A stretch of 32,000 bases of DNA. Origin: Candidatus Electrothrix yaqonensis. GTDB taxonomy: Bacteria > Desulfobacterota > Desulfobulbia > Desulfobulbales > Desulfobulbaceae. A program made the translations under genes and the position numbers. Below the pieces are notes generated by a model. It made no database searches. It had not been told where the DNA came from and was given only the letters and a program-made list of their open reading frames with translations. The stretch is from assembly GCA_047651235.1 (NCBI GenBank), contig CP178758.1:1350001-1382000 (forward strand), read 5' to 3'. This document shows, piece by piece, positions 17,922-27,044 of the stretch. Numbering within the stretch: the first letter of the stretch is position 1; each line of letters starts with the position of its first letter.

Positions 17922-17957
17922 AGCCTCCTGATCAAAATGATCAGGAGGCTTTTTTTA
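17922..17957 (+). terminator. Rho-independent terminator after dsrJ
   Basis: Perfect 12-bp stem AGCCTCCTGATC (17922-17933) pairing with GATCAGGAGGCT (17939-17950), a 5-nt loop, then T7 (17951-17957). Confidence 0.85.
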
Positions 17958-18044
17958 TTTTATATTCTGTGGTACAGTAATGTTCCTTTTGCTTATCAGT
18001 AAAAGTGATGAAATCTATTTATTCTTCATAGGCAAAAGTATCCC

Positions 18045-18770
18045 ATGGACGGCAGCACGGCGCATCGCAGGCGCATCCTTGTTCTCTATTATTCGTTCAG
18101 CTCCCAGACTAAAAATCTTATCCAGACCATGCTGGAAGGCATGGCAGAGTATGAGGTGGAGACGGTCTGCGAACGCATCGTCCCGACCATTCCCCAGCAT
18201 TTTCCCCTCGGCACTGTTCCTAAAACCCTGAAGAAGATGATTGTGACCTTTTTCCGCCAGCGTATTCCTATTCAGCCGCTGCCGGAGCACTGCTTCGGCT
18301 CGTATGATCTTATTATTCTGGCCGGTCCGACGTGGTCGTATAATCCCAGCGGCCCGGTGCTTTCCCTGCTGGACCGGGACGGTGATCGGCTGTTCGCCCA
18401 GAAAAAAGTCATCCCCCTGATTTCCTGCCGTGGCTTCTGGCGCCTGCACTGGTGGGGACTGAAAGCATTACTCAAGAAAGCAGGGGCGATTGTGCCCAAT
18501 GGGATTATTTTTACTCATACGAACAAAGAACCGTGGCGGACCATCGGCGTATTTCTCAAGCTGGCCGGTGAGGTGCCGGAGCGGATGTCGTGGCTGCAGA
18601 ATCATTACCGAAAATACGGCCATACCCGGCAGCAGCTCGCCGAGGCCCGCAGATTCGGCGAGCAGATTGCCAGAGCGCTGACTCAGGATGACGCGTTGGA
18701 ACTGCTCGACTTCAGGACCGGGCTGGCGATTTATGAACATGGTTCATCTCGGACTCCGGGGGCTTCTTAA
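18045..18770 (+). CDS. Flavodoxin-like-fold protein (possibly DarA-like); function uncertain
   Basis: RRILVLYYSFSSQTKN...DLIILAGPTW is a flavodoxin-like beta-alpha-beta start. 241 aa with a clean ORF and TAA stop. The family assignment comes from memory of similar annotations only. Confidence 0.35.
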   Translation: MDGSTAHRRRILVLYYSFSSQTKNLIQTMLEGMAEYEVETVCERIVPTIPQHFPLGTVPKTLKKMIVTFFRQRIPIQPLPEHCFGSYDLIILAGPTWSYNPSGPVLSLLDRDGDRLFAQKKVIPLISCRGFWRLHWWGLKALLKKAGAIVPNGIIFTHTNKEPWRTIGVFLKLAGEVPERMSWLQNHYRKYGHTRQQLAEARRFGEQIARALTQDDALELLDFRTGLAIYEHGSSRTPGAS

Positions 18771-18982
18771 TCTCAAAAAGGCCCCGCCTTATTTTCCATC
18801 CTCTCCCGCCCGCCACCCCATGAAAACCTTTGTGCCCCTATCCTTGACAAAATAAGGCACGGTCAGGTACACTGGATTATTCATCTTCCCCGGTAGAACA
18901 TCATCACCGTCAATTTCCGCCTGCAGCATGGCTGCAAAAAAATCGTAGGGACAATTATAAGGCAACAAGGAGGCTGCACCCC

Positions 18983-20719
18983 ATGACGGATAATTCCGCA
19001 ATGTTTAAGTATGACGAGTACGGCAATACCCGAGAAATTTACGTGTATTCCAGCGGTTTCAACCTGCACTCCAATCCCTTTGTCAATAAAGGTACTGCCT
19101 TTACCAGGGATGAACGGCGGCGTCTGGGTCTGATCGCCATGTTGCCTCCGGCGGTACGCAATTTGGAGGAGCAGGTGGAGAACAGCCGGATCAAGGTCAA
19201 TGGCAAGGAATCGGATATAGAACGTTTTGTCTACATCCGTGCTCTGTTCGACCGCAATGTGACCTTGGCCCATGCCCTGGTCAGGAGTGATATCAGCCGC
19301 TACATGTCCATCATCTACACCCCGACCGTGGGCGATGCCTGCCGCCACTACTCTTCCATGTTCCGTTCTGCCAACGGCCTGCATTTTTATCCCGGCAATA
19401 TTGATCAGGCGGAAAATGTGCTCCGCCGTTTTCAGCAGCGGGATATCCGGGTAGCCGTGGTCACGGATAATCAGGGTATCCTCGGTCTAGGTGATCAGGG
19501 GGCGGGCGGAATCGCCATCTGCCTGGGCAAGCTGATGCTTTATACCCAGGGGGCGGGTATTGCGCCGTGGCACTGTCTGCCCATCTCCCTGGACGTAGGC
19601 ACAAACAACGAGGATCTACTCAATGACCCGGAATATCTGGGCTGGCGCCATAAACGGATCACCGGAGACCAGTACATCGACTTTATCCAGCGGTTCGCCC
19701 GTGCCTTCCGCAATGTCTTTCCCAATGCCCTGTGTCAGTGGGAGGATTTTTCCAAACAGAATGCCTTTGCCATCCGCGACACCTATCTGCATGATCTGAT
19801 TTCCTTTAACGATGATATTCAGGGTACAGGTGCGGTTGCTCTGGCTGCGATCTGCACGGCCATGAAAATAAAGCGGGAACGGCTGTCCGACCAAAAATTC
19901 CTGATCCACGGAGCAGGGGCCGGCGGCATCGGAATTGCTGAGCAGATTCTGGTTGCCCTGTGCGCTGAAGGGATGCCGGAACCCGCAGCCCGCAGCCGTA
20001 TTTTTACTCTGGATTCGAGAGGACTGATCACGGCTGATCGGGACCTGCTGCCCTACAAGCAGAAATTTGCTCACGATCCGGCCTCGCTTGACTGGCTCAA
20101 AGAGGAGAAGGACGCGCAACTGTCCGCAGTGGCGCAGGAGGCCGGAATCACTGTACTTATCGGCACATCAGGCCAACCGGGCTGCTTTGATCAGGAGGTG
20201 GTCGAGACCATGCTGGAACACACGGACCGGCCGGTGATTATGCCGCTCTCCAACCCGACAGACCATGCCGAAGCTATCCCGGCGGATCTTTATGCCTGGA
20301 CCGGAGGTCGGGCCCTGATCGGCACTGGGTCGCCTTTTCCGGATGTTCTGTACAACGGTCAGGCAGTTCCGGTAGCTCAGGCCAATAATGTTTTTGTCTT
20401 TCCCGGAGTCGGTCTCGGTGTTCTGGCCTCCGGCGCCCGTGGGGTTCGGCCGGAATTCTTCACTGCTGCGGCCGAGGCCGTGTCCTCCTGCGTGAGTCAG
20501 GACGATATGAGCAACGGCGTGCTGCTGCCGCCGGTCACCGAACTGGCCCATGTCAGCCTCAAGGTGGCTCAGGCTGTGGGCGAGGCCGCCATTACAGCGG
20601 AAGTCAGCCGCCCCTGCGCCTTTTCCGGCTTTCAGCACCATAATGATCCGGTCCGCCTGCACCAGCTCATCCGGAACTTCCGCTGGCAGCCGGATTATCT
20701 GCCTTTGGTTGCCATGTGA
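18983..20719 (+). CDS. maeA: NAD(P)-dependent malic enzyme
   Basis: 578 aa. Motifs seen: NKGTAFT..ER, IYTPTVG, VVTDNQGILGLGDQG, GAGAGGIGIA, PVIMPLSNPT, ANNVFVFPGVGLG. These are all characteristic of large malic enzymes. Confidence 0.9.
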   Translation: MTDNSAMFKYDEYGNTREIYVYSSGFNLHSNPFVNKGTAFTRDERRRLGLIAMLPPAVRNLEEQVENSRIKVNGKESDIERFVYIRALFDRNVTLAHALVRSDISRYMSIIYTPTVGDACRHYSSMFRSANGLHFYPGNIDQAENVLRRFQQRDIRVAVVTDNQGILGLGDQGAGGIAICLGKLMLYTQGAGIAPWHCLPISLDVGTNNEDLLNDPEYLGWRHKRITGDQYIDFIQRFARAFRNVFPNALCQWEDFSKQNAFAIRDTYLHDLISFNDDIQGTGAVALAAICTAMKIKRERLSDQKFLIHGAGAGGIGIAEQILVALCAEGMPEPAARSRIFTLDSRGLITADRDLLPYKQKFAHDPASLDWLKEEKDAQLSAVAQEAGITVLIGTSGQPGCFDQEVVETMLEHTDRPVIMPLSNPTDHAEAIPADLYAWTGGRALIGTGSPFPDVLYNGQAVPVAQANNVFVFPGVGLGVLASGARGVRPEFFTAAAEAVSSCVSQDDMSNGVLLPPVTELAHVSLKVAQAVGEAAITAEVSRPCAFSGFQHHNDPVRLHQLIRNFRWQPDYLPLVAM

Positions 20720-20759
20720 GTTCGGGAGTACAAAAACAGAAAAACGAGGAGAAAAGATC

Positions 20760-21152
20760 ATGACAAAGCAGAATTCACACAGCGTGGCAATGGGCTATAT
20801 CCTCTGGATTTTTGGTTTCATGGGAATGCACCGCTTTTATTACGGGAAACAGATTTCCGGAACTGTCTATTTTTTCACTCTGGGCCTGCTCGGTATCGGC
20901 TGGATCATTGATCTCTTTCTGATTCCGGGCATGGATCGCGAGGCGGATCTGCGTTTTGCGCCGGGGCCTCTTGACTACAATATCTGCTGGATTCTCCTGG
21001 TCTTTCTCGGTGCCTTCGGAGTTCACCGCATGTACATGGGCAAGTGGCTGACCAGTATCATCTATTTCCTCACCGGCGGGGTGTTCCTTCTGGGCATCCT
21101 GTATGACCTCTGGACGCTGAATGACCAGCTTTCCGAGATCAACGCTGCATAA
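20760..21152 (+). CDS. Tandem TM2-domain membrane protein (130 aa)
   Basis: ATG at 20760 follows GAGGAG. There are two copies of the TM2 pattern (W.FG..G.HRFY.GK....... and FLGAFGVHRMYMGKW). The track ORF's upstream extension (from 20550) overlaps the malic enzyme and is rejected. Confidence 0.8.
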   Translation: MTKQNSHSVAMGYILWIFGFMGMHRFYYGKQISGTVYFFTLGLLGIGWIIDLFLIPGMDREADLRFAPGPLDYNICWILLVFLGAFGVHRMYMGKWLTSIIYFLTGGVFLLGILYDLWTLNDQLSEINAA

Positions 21153-21204
21153 AAACGCGACATAATCTTCCCGCGCTGCAGCAGTCATCTGTCCGCATAA
21201 AAAT

Positions 21205-22359
21205 ATGACCACTACTCCGCTGCAGATCGGCTGCTGCATAACATCCCACGGTCTCGGCCATGCTGCCAGGGCCTGTGCCGTTATGGAGGCATTGGCGGCC
21301 CGGAGACCGGTGCAGTACAGGATCATCAGCACGGCCCCGGCCTGGTTCTTTGCCGAATCCCTGACCGCGCCCTATACCCTTCATCCTCTGCATACGGATA
21401 TCGGGCTGGTCCAGCATGATGCTCTGCGCGAGGATTTTGACCGGACCATCACCCGGCTGGATGCGCTGTATCCGCTGCGGGCTAAACTGCTTGACCGGCT
21501 GGCGGAACTGTTTGCTGATTGCAATCTGGTACTCTGCGATATTGCCCCTGCCGGTATTGCGGCAGCTGAACTGGCCCGGAAGAAATTCGGTGCAGGGGTA
21601 CGGTCGGTACTGATAGAGAATTTTACCTGGGACTGGATCTATGCGGGGTACAGCGAACAGCATCCGGGGTTTAAGCCCCATATCCGGTATCTGCAGCAGC
21701 TCTAGCAGCTCTACGCCAGGGCGGATTACCATATTCAGGCGGAACCCGTCTGTGCGCCGGGAAACCCTGAAAAAACTGATCTGCTGACTGCACCTATTGC
21801 CCGGCAGCGCCAGCAGGAACGGGCCGTTGTCCGGCAGCAGATCGGGCTGGCAGAGAAGGACAGGGCGGTGTTGGTGACTATGGGCGGCATTGCCGGTACC
21901 GAGCTGCCGCTGGCCAGAATGCAAAAGATACAGAAATTCTGTTTTGTTCTGCCAGGGCAGGCGAAGGGGGAAAGCAGGGTGCAGGACAATCTCTTTTTTC
22001 TGCCTTCAGACAGCGGGATATGGCACCCTGATCTAATTGCGGCCTGCGATGCGGTGGTGGGCAAGGTCGGTTATTCCACCTTGGCGGAAGTGTGGCAGGC
22101 CGGTGTGCCTTACGGCTCTATCTGCCGCTCCCTATTCCGGGAATCAGGGCCGCTGGCTGCATTTATCAAGCAGGAGCTGCCTTCCCTGCCGATCACTGAG
22201 AAGCAGTTTCGGGATGGTACGTGGCTGGAGCTGCTGGATCAGCTCTGCGCCTGTTCCCCGGCAGAGCAGAAACGGGAAAACGGCGCTTCGGCTGCAGCTG
22301 ACTTTCTGGCAGGGCTGCTAAAAAATGTAAAATGTACATTGAGAGAAGGGCAGCATTGA
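21205..22359 (+). pseudogene. GT-B fold glycosyltransferase-like gene interrupted by one in-frame TAG (21703-21705)
   Basis: Track ORFs 21205..21705 and 21868..22359 share a frame (663 nt apart), and the frame between them is open apart from the TAG. N-terminal half: ITSHGLGHAARACAVMEAL. C-terminal half: VLVTMGGIAG...AACDAVVGKVGYSTLAEVWQAGVPY. Together these form a typical GT-B donor-binding pattern. Confidence 0.6.
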
Positions 22360-22457
22360 TCACTGAAGCAAAAAAGCTGTAAGCTACAATAAGATAAAAA
22401 CTGTCCCCGCCGAGCGCATCCAATCCACAACGAAAACAAAAAATAAAAAAACAGACT

Positions 22458-23261
22458 ATGCTCCTTACCGTTGACGTCGGCAATTCACACACTGTAAGCG
22501 GTGTTTTTTACGATCAGACCCTGATCCGTCAATGGCGTCTGACCTCGGATCACGACAAAACAGCAGATGAACTGGCGGTCCGCTACCATTCCCTTTTTCA
22601 GATGGACGGGATCCAGAAAGAGGAGATCACCGCATTCATTGTCTGCTCTGTGGTACCGCCTCTGGAAACAAGCTGGCTGCGGTTTGCCGAGAAATACCTG
22701 ACCGGCTGCGCAACGCCGCATATGGCTGTTTCCCATCAGACCAAGACAGGAATTATCATCCGCACGGAAAGCCCGGCCGAGGTGGGCGCGGACAGGATTG
22801 TCAATGCGGTGGCAGCTTGGGACTATTATAAAACCGCTCTGCTGGTCATTGATTTCGGCACTGCCATCACCTTTGACTGCGTGAGCGGCAAGGGCGAATA
22901 CCTGGGCGGGACCATCCATCCGGGGGTCGGCATCTCTCTTGACGCCCTTGCAGGCAGAACCGCGAAACTGCCCCGCATTGACCTGAACAGACAGGCGGTT
23001 CCGCTTATCGGCAGGAATACGGCAGATGCCATCAGGTCCGGGATGCTGCACGGATTCGGCGGCATGATTGACCGGATGACCGGCCTGCTGACAAAGAAAA
23101 TACGGCAGGGGGATGAAGAGGTCAATGTGGTTGCCACCGGCGGTATGGCGGAAATGATTGCCCCGTACTGTTCGTTCATCGGGACCATTGACCCGCTGCT
23201 CACCCTGAACGGTCTGCGGCTTATTTATGAACAGAATTATGAACAGAACTGCGCAGGCTGA
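22458..23261 (+). CDS. coaX: Type III pantothenate kinase
   Basis: MLLTVDVGNSHTV..., IDFGTAITFD and VVATGG are the ASKHA-fold CoaX signatures. 267 aa. Confidence 0.9.
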   Translation: MLLTVDVGNSHTVSGVFYDQTLIRQWRLTSDHDKTADELAVRYHSLFQMDGIQKEEITAFIVCSVVPPLETSWLRFAEKYLTGCATPHMAVSHQTKTGIIIRTESPAEVGADRIVNAVAAWDYYKTALLVIDFGTAITFDCVSGKGEYLGGTIHPGVGISLDALAGRTAKLPRIDLNRQAVPLIGRNTADAIRSGMLHGFGGMIDRMTGLLTKKIRQGDEEVNVVATGGMAEMIAPYCSFIGTIDPLLTLNGLRLIYEQNYEQNCAG

Positions 23262-23278
23262 GTCAGAAGGGGATGCCT

Positions 23279-23878
23279 CTACCGCATCCGCAGCAGGCAT
23301 TCCCAAAACCTGATCGGCACTGACCGATTGGCAGAGGTGCGCAGAACAGATTCCAAGTGCAGAACCTCAAAGGCCGGTTCAACTGCAGCGCAGATTTCAG
23401 CTGCCGACATCCTCGGCGGCCCTATTTCATCGACGATCACCTGATCCCTGTTGCCTATCAGGCTCAGCCAGAAGCCGCCCGGTTTCAGACAGATTGCCGC
23501 CTGCCGAACAAAGCTGCGCTGTTCCTCCTCCCCGTTTACGGAATGAAAACAGCCACGGTCAAAGAGCAGGTCAAACTGCCCCATCGGGGAGCAGGTGAGG
23601 AAGTTATCCTGCAGCAGGCGGCACTGCACCTTCTGTTCAGCGCACCGCTGTTCAGCCAGGGCAACCGCTTTGCCGGAGATATCCAGAGCAGTCACCTCCA
23701 GCCCCTGCTGGGCCAGCCAGACCGCATTGGTGCCGGTGCCGCAGCCGACCTCCAGAACGCGCCCGACGCATTTCGGCCAGCGGGTAATCAGGTTGATCAG
23801 AGAAATATCCGGCATTCCGGTATCCCACGGTAGATTCTTGTCCTCGTAGCGCTTGTCCCAGTCTTTTTCTTCCCGCAT
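23279..23878 (-). CDS. Class I SAM-dependent methyltransferase (TPMT/TehB-like)
   Basis: W..RY......PWD near the N-terminus and motif I VLEVGCGTGTNAVWLAQQG, followed by LDIS. 199 aa. TAG stop. Confidence 0.8.
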   Translation of the reverse strand: MREEKDWDKRYEDKNLPWDTGMPDISLINLITRWPKCVGRVLEVGCGTGTNAVWLAQQGLEVTALDISGKAVALAEQRCAEQKVQCRLLQDNFLTCSPMGQFDLLFDRGCFHSVNGEEEQRSFVRQAAICLKPGGFWLSLIGNRDQVIVDEIGPPRMSAAEICAAVEPAFEVLHLESVLRTSANRSVPIRFWECLLRMR

Positions 23879-24341
23879 GGTTTGTTGTCTCCTCTTATTG
23901 TGAAGTACCGGATTTGAAATCTGACCTCCGTCCTTCAGTACAAATAACCCGTTAAACTGATTAAGATATCCGGCGAAATATTATTCCCCGTATCCTATGG
24001 GGCGGGGGGAGTTTTGTCAAGCAGTGATTGGAGGGAGTTTCCGGAATATTATCAGGGTGCCGACAAAGAAGACCTTCCCCAAAACAAGAAAATGCCCCAA
24101 TTTGTCTCCACCGGGAAACATGTATAACCGACGGATAAAGAAAGTCTATTCAATGCAGTAAAAGGTAGGTAGTGACCCTGAACTGACGATTATTTAAGAT
24201 TGACTGCTTCTTGTTACAGCAGAGCATCCGCAGTAGGATCAACAAAATCATTTACCGTCATTTCCGGCTGTGTTATAGAGAAGAGTATATTAAAGGTATC
24301 CCGCGCCATAAATCAAACAAGCTGAGGAAAAAATACTTGCC

Positions 24342-25229
24342 ATGTATTTTCAGGATATTATCGCTACGCTGAATGCGTACTGGGCATCTGCCGGCTGCGT
24401 GGTGATGCAGCCTTATGATATGGAAGTCGGCGCCGGGACTTTTCATCCGGCCACCCTGCTCAGAGCGCTGGGGCCGGAGCCGTGGAAAGCCGCCTATGTG
24501 CAGCCCTCCCGACGGCCGACCGACGGCCGGTACGGGGAAAATCCCAACCGCCTGCAGCATTATTACCAATACCAGGTCGTGATCAAGCCTTCACCGCAGA
24601 ATATCCAGGAGATGTATCTGGAAAGCCTGAAGCAATTCGGACTCAACCTGCTGGAGCACGATATCCGTTTTGTCGAAGATGACTGGGAATCACCTACCCT
24701 CGGGGCTTGGGGGCTGGGCTGGGAGGTCTGGCTGGACGGCATGGAAGTCACCCAGTTCACCTATTTCCAGCAGGCCGGTTCCATTGACCTCAGGCCGGTG
24801 ACTGTGGAGATTACCTACGGGCTGGAGCGGCTGGCCATGTATCTGCAGGAAAAAGAATCGGTTTATGATATTCAGTGGAACAGGGACGTGACCTACGGCC
24901 AGATTTTCCTGCAGGCCGAGCGCGAATTTTCCGCCTTCAATTTTGAGGAGGCCAATGTCGCTGACTTGGTCAATAATTTTGACAACTGCGAGCGGGATGC
25001 CCTCAAGCTGGTGGAGAAGGGACTGATCCTGCCTGCCTATGATTACTGCCTGAAATGCTCGCATACGTTTAACCTGCTGGATGCCCGCAAGGCCATCAGC
25101 GTTGCCGAGCGCACCCGCTATATCGGCCGTATCCGCAATATCGCCCGTCAGGTGTCCCGGCAGTACGTGGCTCAGCGGGAGGAAATGGGCTGGCCACTGC
25201 TGCAGGAACGTGAAGCCGAGACGGTATAG
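24342..25229 (+). CDS. glyQ: Glycine--tRNA ligase alpha subunit
   Basis: [38 protein letters not shown]..., [26 protein letters not shown] and [22 protein letters not shown] are near-universal GlyQ blocks. 295 aa. Confidence 0.95.
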   Translation: MYFQDIIATLNAYWASAGCVVMQPYDMEVGAGTFHPATLLRALGPEPWKAAYVQPSRRPTDGRYGENPNRLQHYYQYQVVIKPSPQNIQEMYLESLKQFGLNLLEHDIRFVEDDWESPTLGAWGLGWEVWLDGMEVTQFTYFQQAGSIDLRPVTVEITYGLERLAMYLQEKESVYDIQWNRDVTYGQIFLQAEREFSAFNFEEANVADLVNNFDNCERDALKLVEKGLILPAYDYCLKCSHTFNLLDARKAISVAERTRYIGRIRNIARQVSRQYVAQREEMGWPLLQEREAETV

Positions 25230-25348
25230 CAGAGAGCGTTCTTTCCTCTGAGCCGTATCAGCTTTTGGTGTGTTTTACAGCACGATGGAACAATGAAAAA
25301 TATTCTGTACAGCCTGCTTCAACGTTCTGTTCTTCCTGAACGGTATTT

Positions 25349-26968
25349 TTGGTGATAATGACAATGGATACATTCAGAAATTTTGATGAACTGAAGGTGG
25401 TGCAGAAGCTGGAACAGCTAGCTCAAAATCCCCACAGCCTGACTAGCCCGGACGGTCTGTCGCCGGAACGCATTGCCGCCTGCCGCACTTCAGCCTGCAG
25501 CTTTGATTTTCTCTACAGCACCCAGCGGGTTGATGAGGAGGTGATGCAGGCTCTGCAGGAGCTTGCCGACGAAGCCTGTCTGGTTGAGCAGTTCAGGACC
25601 ATGAAGACCGGCGCGGTGATGAACAGGATTGTCGGCCATGAAAGTGAGGAACGGCAGGTGCTGCATACAGCTTGCCGGGATATCTTCACGGACAGCCCCT
25701 TTGCCCCTGAAGCCACAGCGCAGGCCAGGGAGCAGCTGGAACGCCTGAAAAAATTTCTTGCTGAGCTGGACAGCGGAGCTGTCTGCAATGCCCAAGGCGA
25801 ATTTTTCACCACTATGGTGCAGGTAGGCATCGGCGGCTCGGACCTCGGCCCCCGCGCCCTCTGCTTGGCTCTGGAACGCTATCGCCAGGCCGGACGTAAG
25901 GTCCGCTTTATCGCCAATGTTGACCCGGACGATGCCGCTGCCGTGCTGGCTGATCTGGATCTCTCGCGTACTTTGATCAATGTGGTGTCCAAGAGCGGCA
26001 CCACATTGGAGACCCTGACCAACGAAGAGTTGGTGCGGGCTGCCCTGCAGAAAGCCGGGCTTGATCCGGCCCGCCATATGATCGCGGTTACCGGGGCAGG
26101 CAGCCCGATGGATAACCCGGACAGGTATCTGGCTTCGTTCCACATGTATGACTACATCGGCGGGCGCTACTCGGCCACCTCTATGGTAGGGGGCGTGACC
26201 TTGGCCTTTCTCCTGGGCTATGATCAGTTTATTGAGCTGCTGCGCGGGGCAAACGACATGGATCGGACAGCAGAACAGGAAGATATCAGAAAGAATCTGC
26301 CCCTGCTCATGGCCCTGCTCGGCATCTGGAATCGTAATTTCCTGGGATACAGCACTGTTGCAGTCCTGCCGTACAGTCAAGCCCTGCTCCGCTTTCCGGC
26401 CCATCTCCAGCAATGCGATATGGAAAGCAACGGCAAGCAGGTGAGCCGGTCAGGCGACCCGGTGCGCTGGAAAACCGGCCCCATTGTCTGGGGTGAACCG
26501 GGAACCAACGGCCAGCACGCCTTTTACCAGCTCCTCCACCAGGGCAGCGAAATTGTCCCGGCGGAATTCATCGGCTTTCGCCAGTCGCAGTATGGACAGG
26601 ATATTCCGGTCAACGGCACCAGTTCTCAGCAGAAACTGGTAGCCAACATGCTGGCCCAGTCCCTGGCCCTGGCGCAGGGTCGGGATCATGAAAATCCCAA
26701 TAAATGTTTCAGCGGTAACAGGCCGAACTCCGTACTCATTGCCGACCGTCTGACCCCCTACACAATGGGCGCCTTGCTGGCACTGTATGAAAACAGGATC
26801 GCATTCCAAGGGTTCTGCTGGAATATCAATTCATTTGATCAGGAAGGGGTGCAGTTGGGCAAGGTGCTGGCAAACCGTCTTCTGGCTGCCCTGGCAGCTG
26901 GAGAAAAGGAGCAGGAAAACGATTCCGGGACACCTGAGCTGTCTTTGCTTAAGGCAGCCGGGATTTGA
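25349..26968 (+). CDS. pgi: Glucose-6-phosphate isomerase
   Basis: GIGGSDLGPR, VSKSGTTLET, GGRYS, ESNGK and GEPGTNGQHAFYQLLHQG are PGI signatures. The start may be ATG 25355 or 25361 rather than GTG 25349. Confidence 0.9.
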   Translation: MVIMTMDTFRNFDELKVVQKLEQLAQNPHSLTSPDGLSPERIAACRTSACSFDFLYSTQRVDEEVMQALQELADEACLVEQFRTMKTGAVMNRIVGHESEERQVLHTACRDIFTDSPFAPEATAQAREQLERLKKFLAELDSGAVCNAQGEFFTTMVQVGIGGSDLGPRALCLALERYRQAGRKVRFIANVDPDDAAAVLADLDLSRTLINVVSKSGTTLETLTNEELVRAALQKAGLDPARHMIAVTGAGSPMDNPDRYLASFHMYDYIGGRYSATSMVGGVTLAFLLGYDQFIELLRGANDMDRTAEQEDIRKNLPLLMALLGIWNRNFLGYSTVAVLPYSQALLRFPAHLQQCDMESNGKQVSRSGDPVRWKTGPIVWGEPGTNGQHAFYQLLHQGSEIVPAEFIGFRQSQYGQDIPVNGTSSQQKLVANMLAQSLALAQGRDHENPNKCFSGNRPNSVLIADRLTPYTMGALLALYENRIAFQGFCWNINSFDQEGVQLGKVLANRLLAALAAGEKEQENDSGTPELSLLKAAGI

Positions 26969-27044
26969 AGGGTGGAAAAATCGACGGGCCCCATTGCCAT
27001 GCAGGAGTTTCAGTTCCTCCAGCATGGACTCAGGCAGATTTTCA

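Noticed and set aside
18789-19001. 70-aa minus-strand ORF between the flavodoxin-like gene and the malic enzyme
   Set aside because: It has no recognisable motifs, overlaps the malic enzyme start, and lacks a convincing SD. It is kept only as a possibility for ribosome-profiling data to settle.
20550-20759. N-terminal 70-aa extension of the TM2 ORF given in the track
   Set aside because: It overlaps the 3' end of the malic enzyme gene in another frame. A strong SD (GAGGAG) precedes the ATG at 20760, where the TM2 homology begins.
23879-24341. Possible T-box or other riboswitch in the long leader upstream of glyQ
   Set aside because: I could not find a T-box consensus (AANNNGGGTGGNACCGCG-like) or a specifier/antiterminator architecture. 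This stays unresolved without a covariance-model scan (Rfam/Infernal).
26997-27027. Imperfect hairpin (CCATGCAGGAG...CTCCAGCATGG) between the convergent pgi and TPR genes, as a bidirectional terminator
   Set aside because: The stem has an internal mismatch and neither side has a U/A tract. This is too weak to call as a feature.
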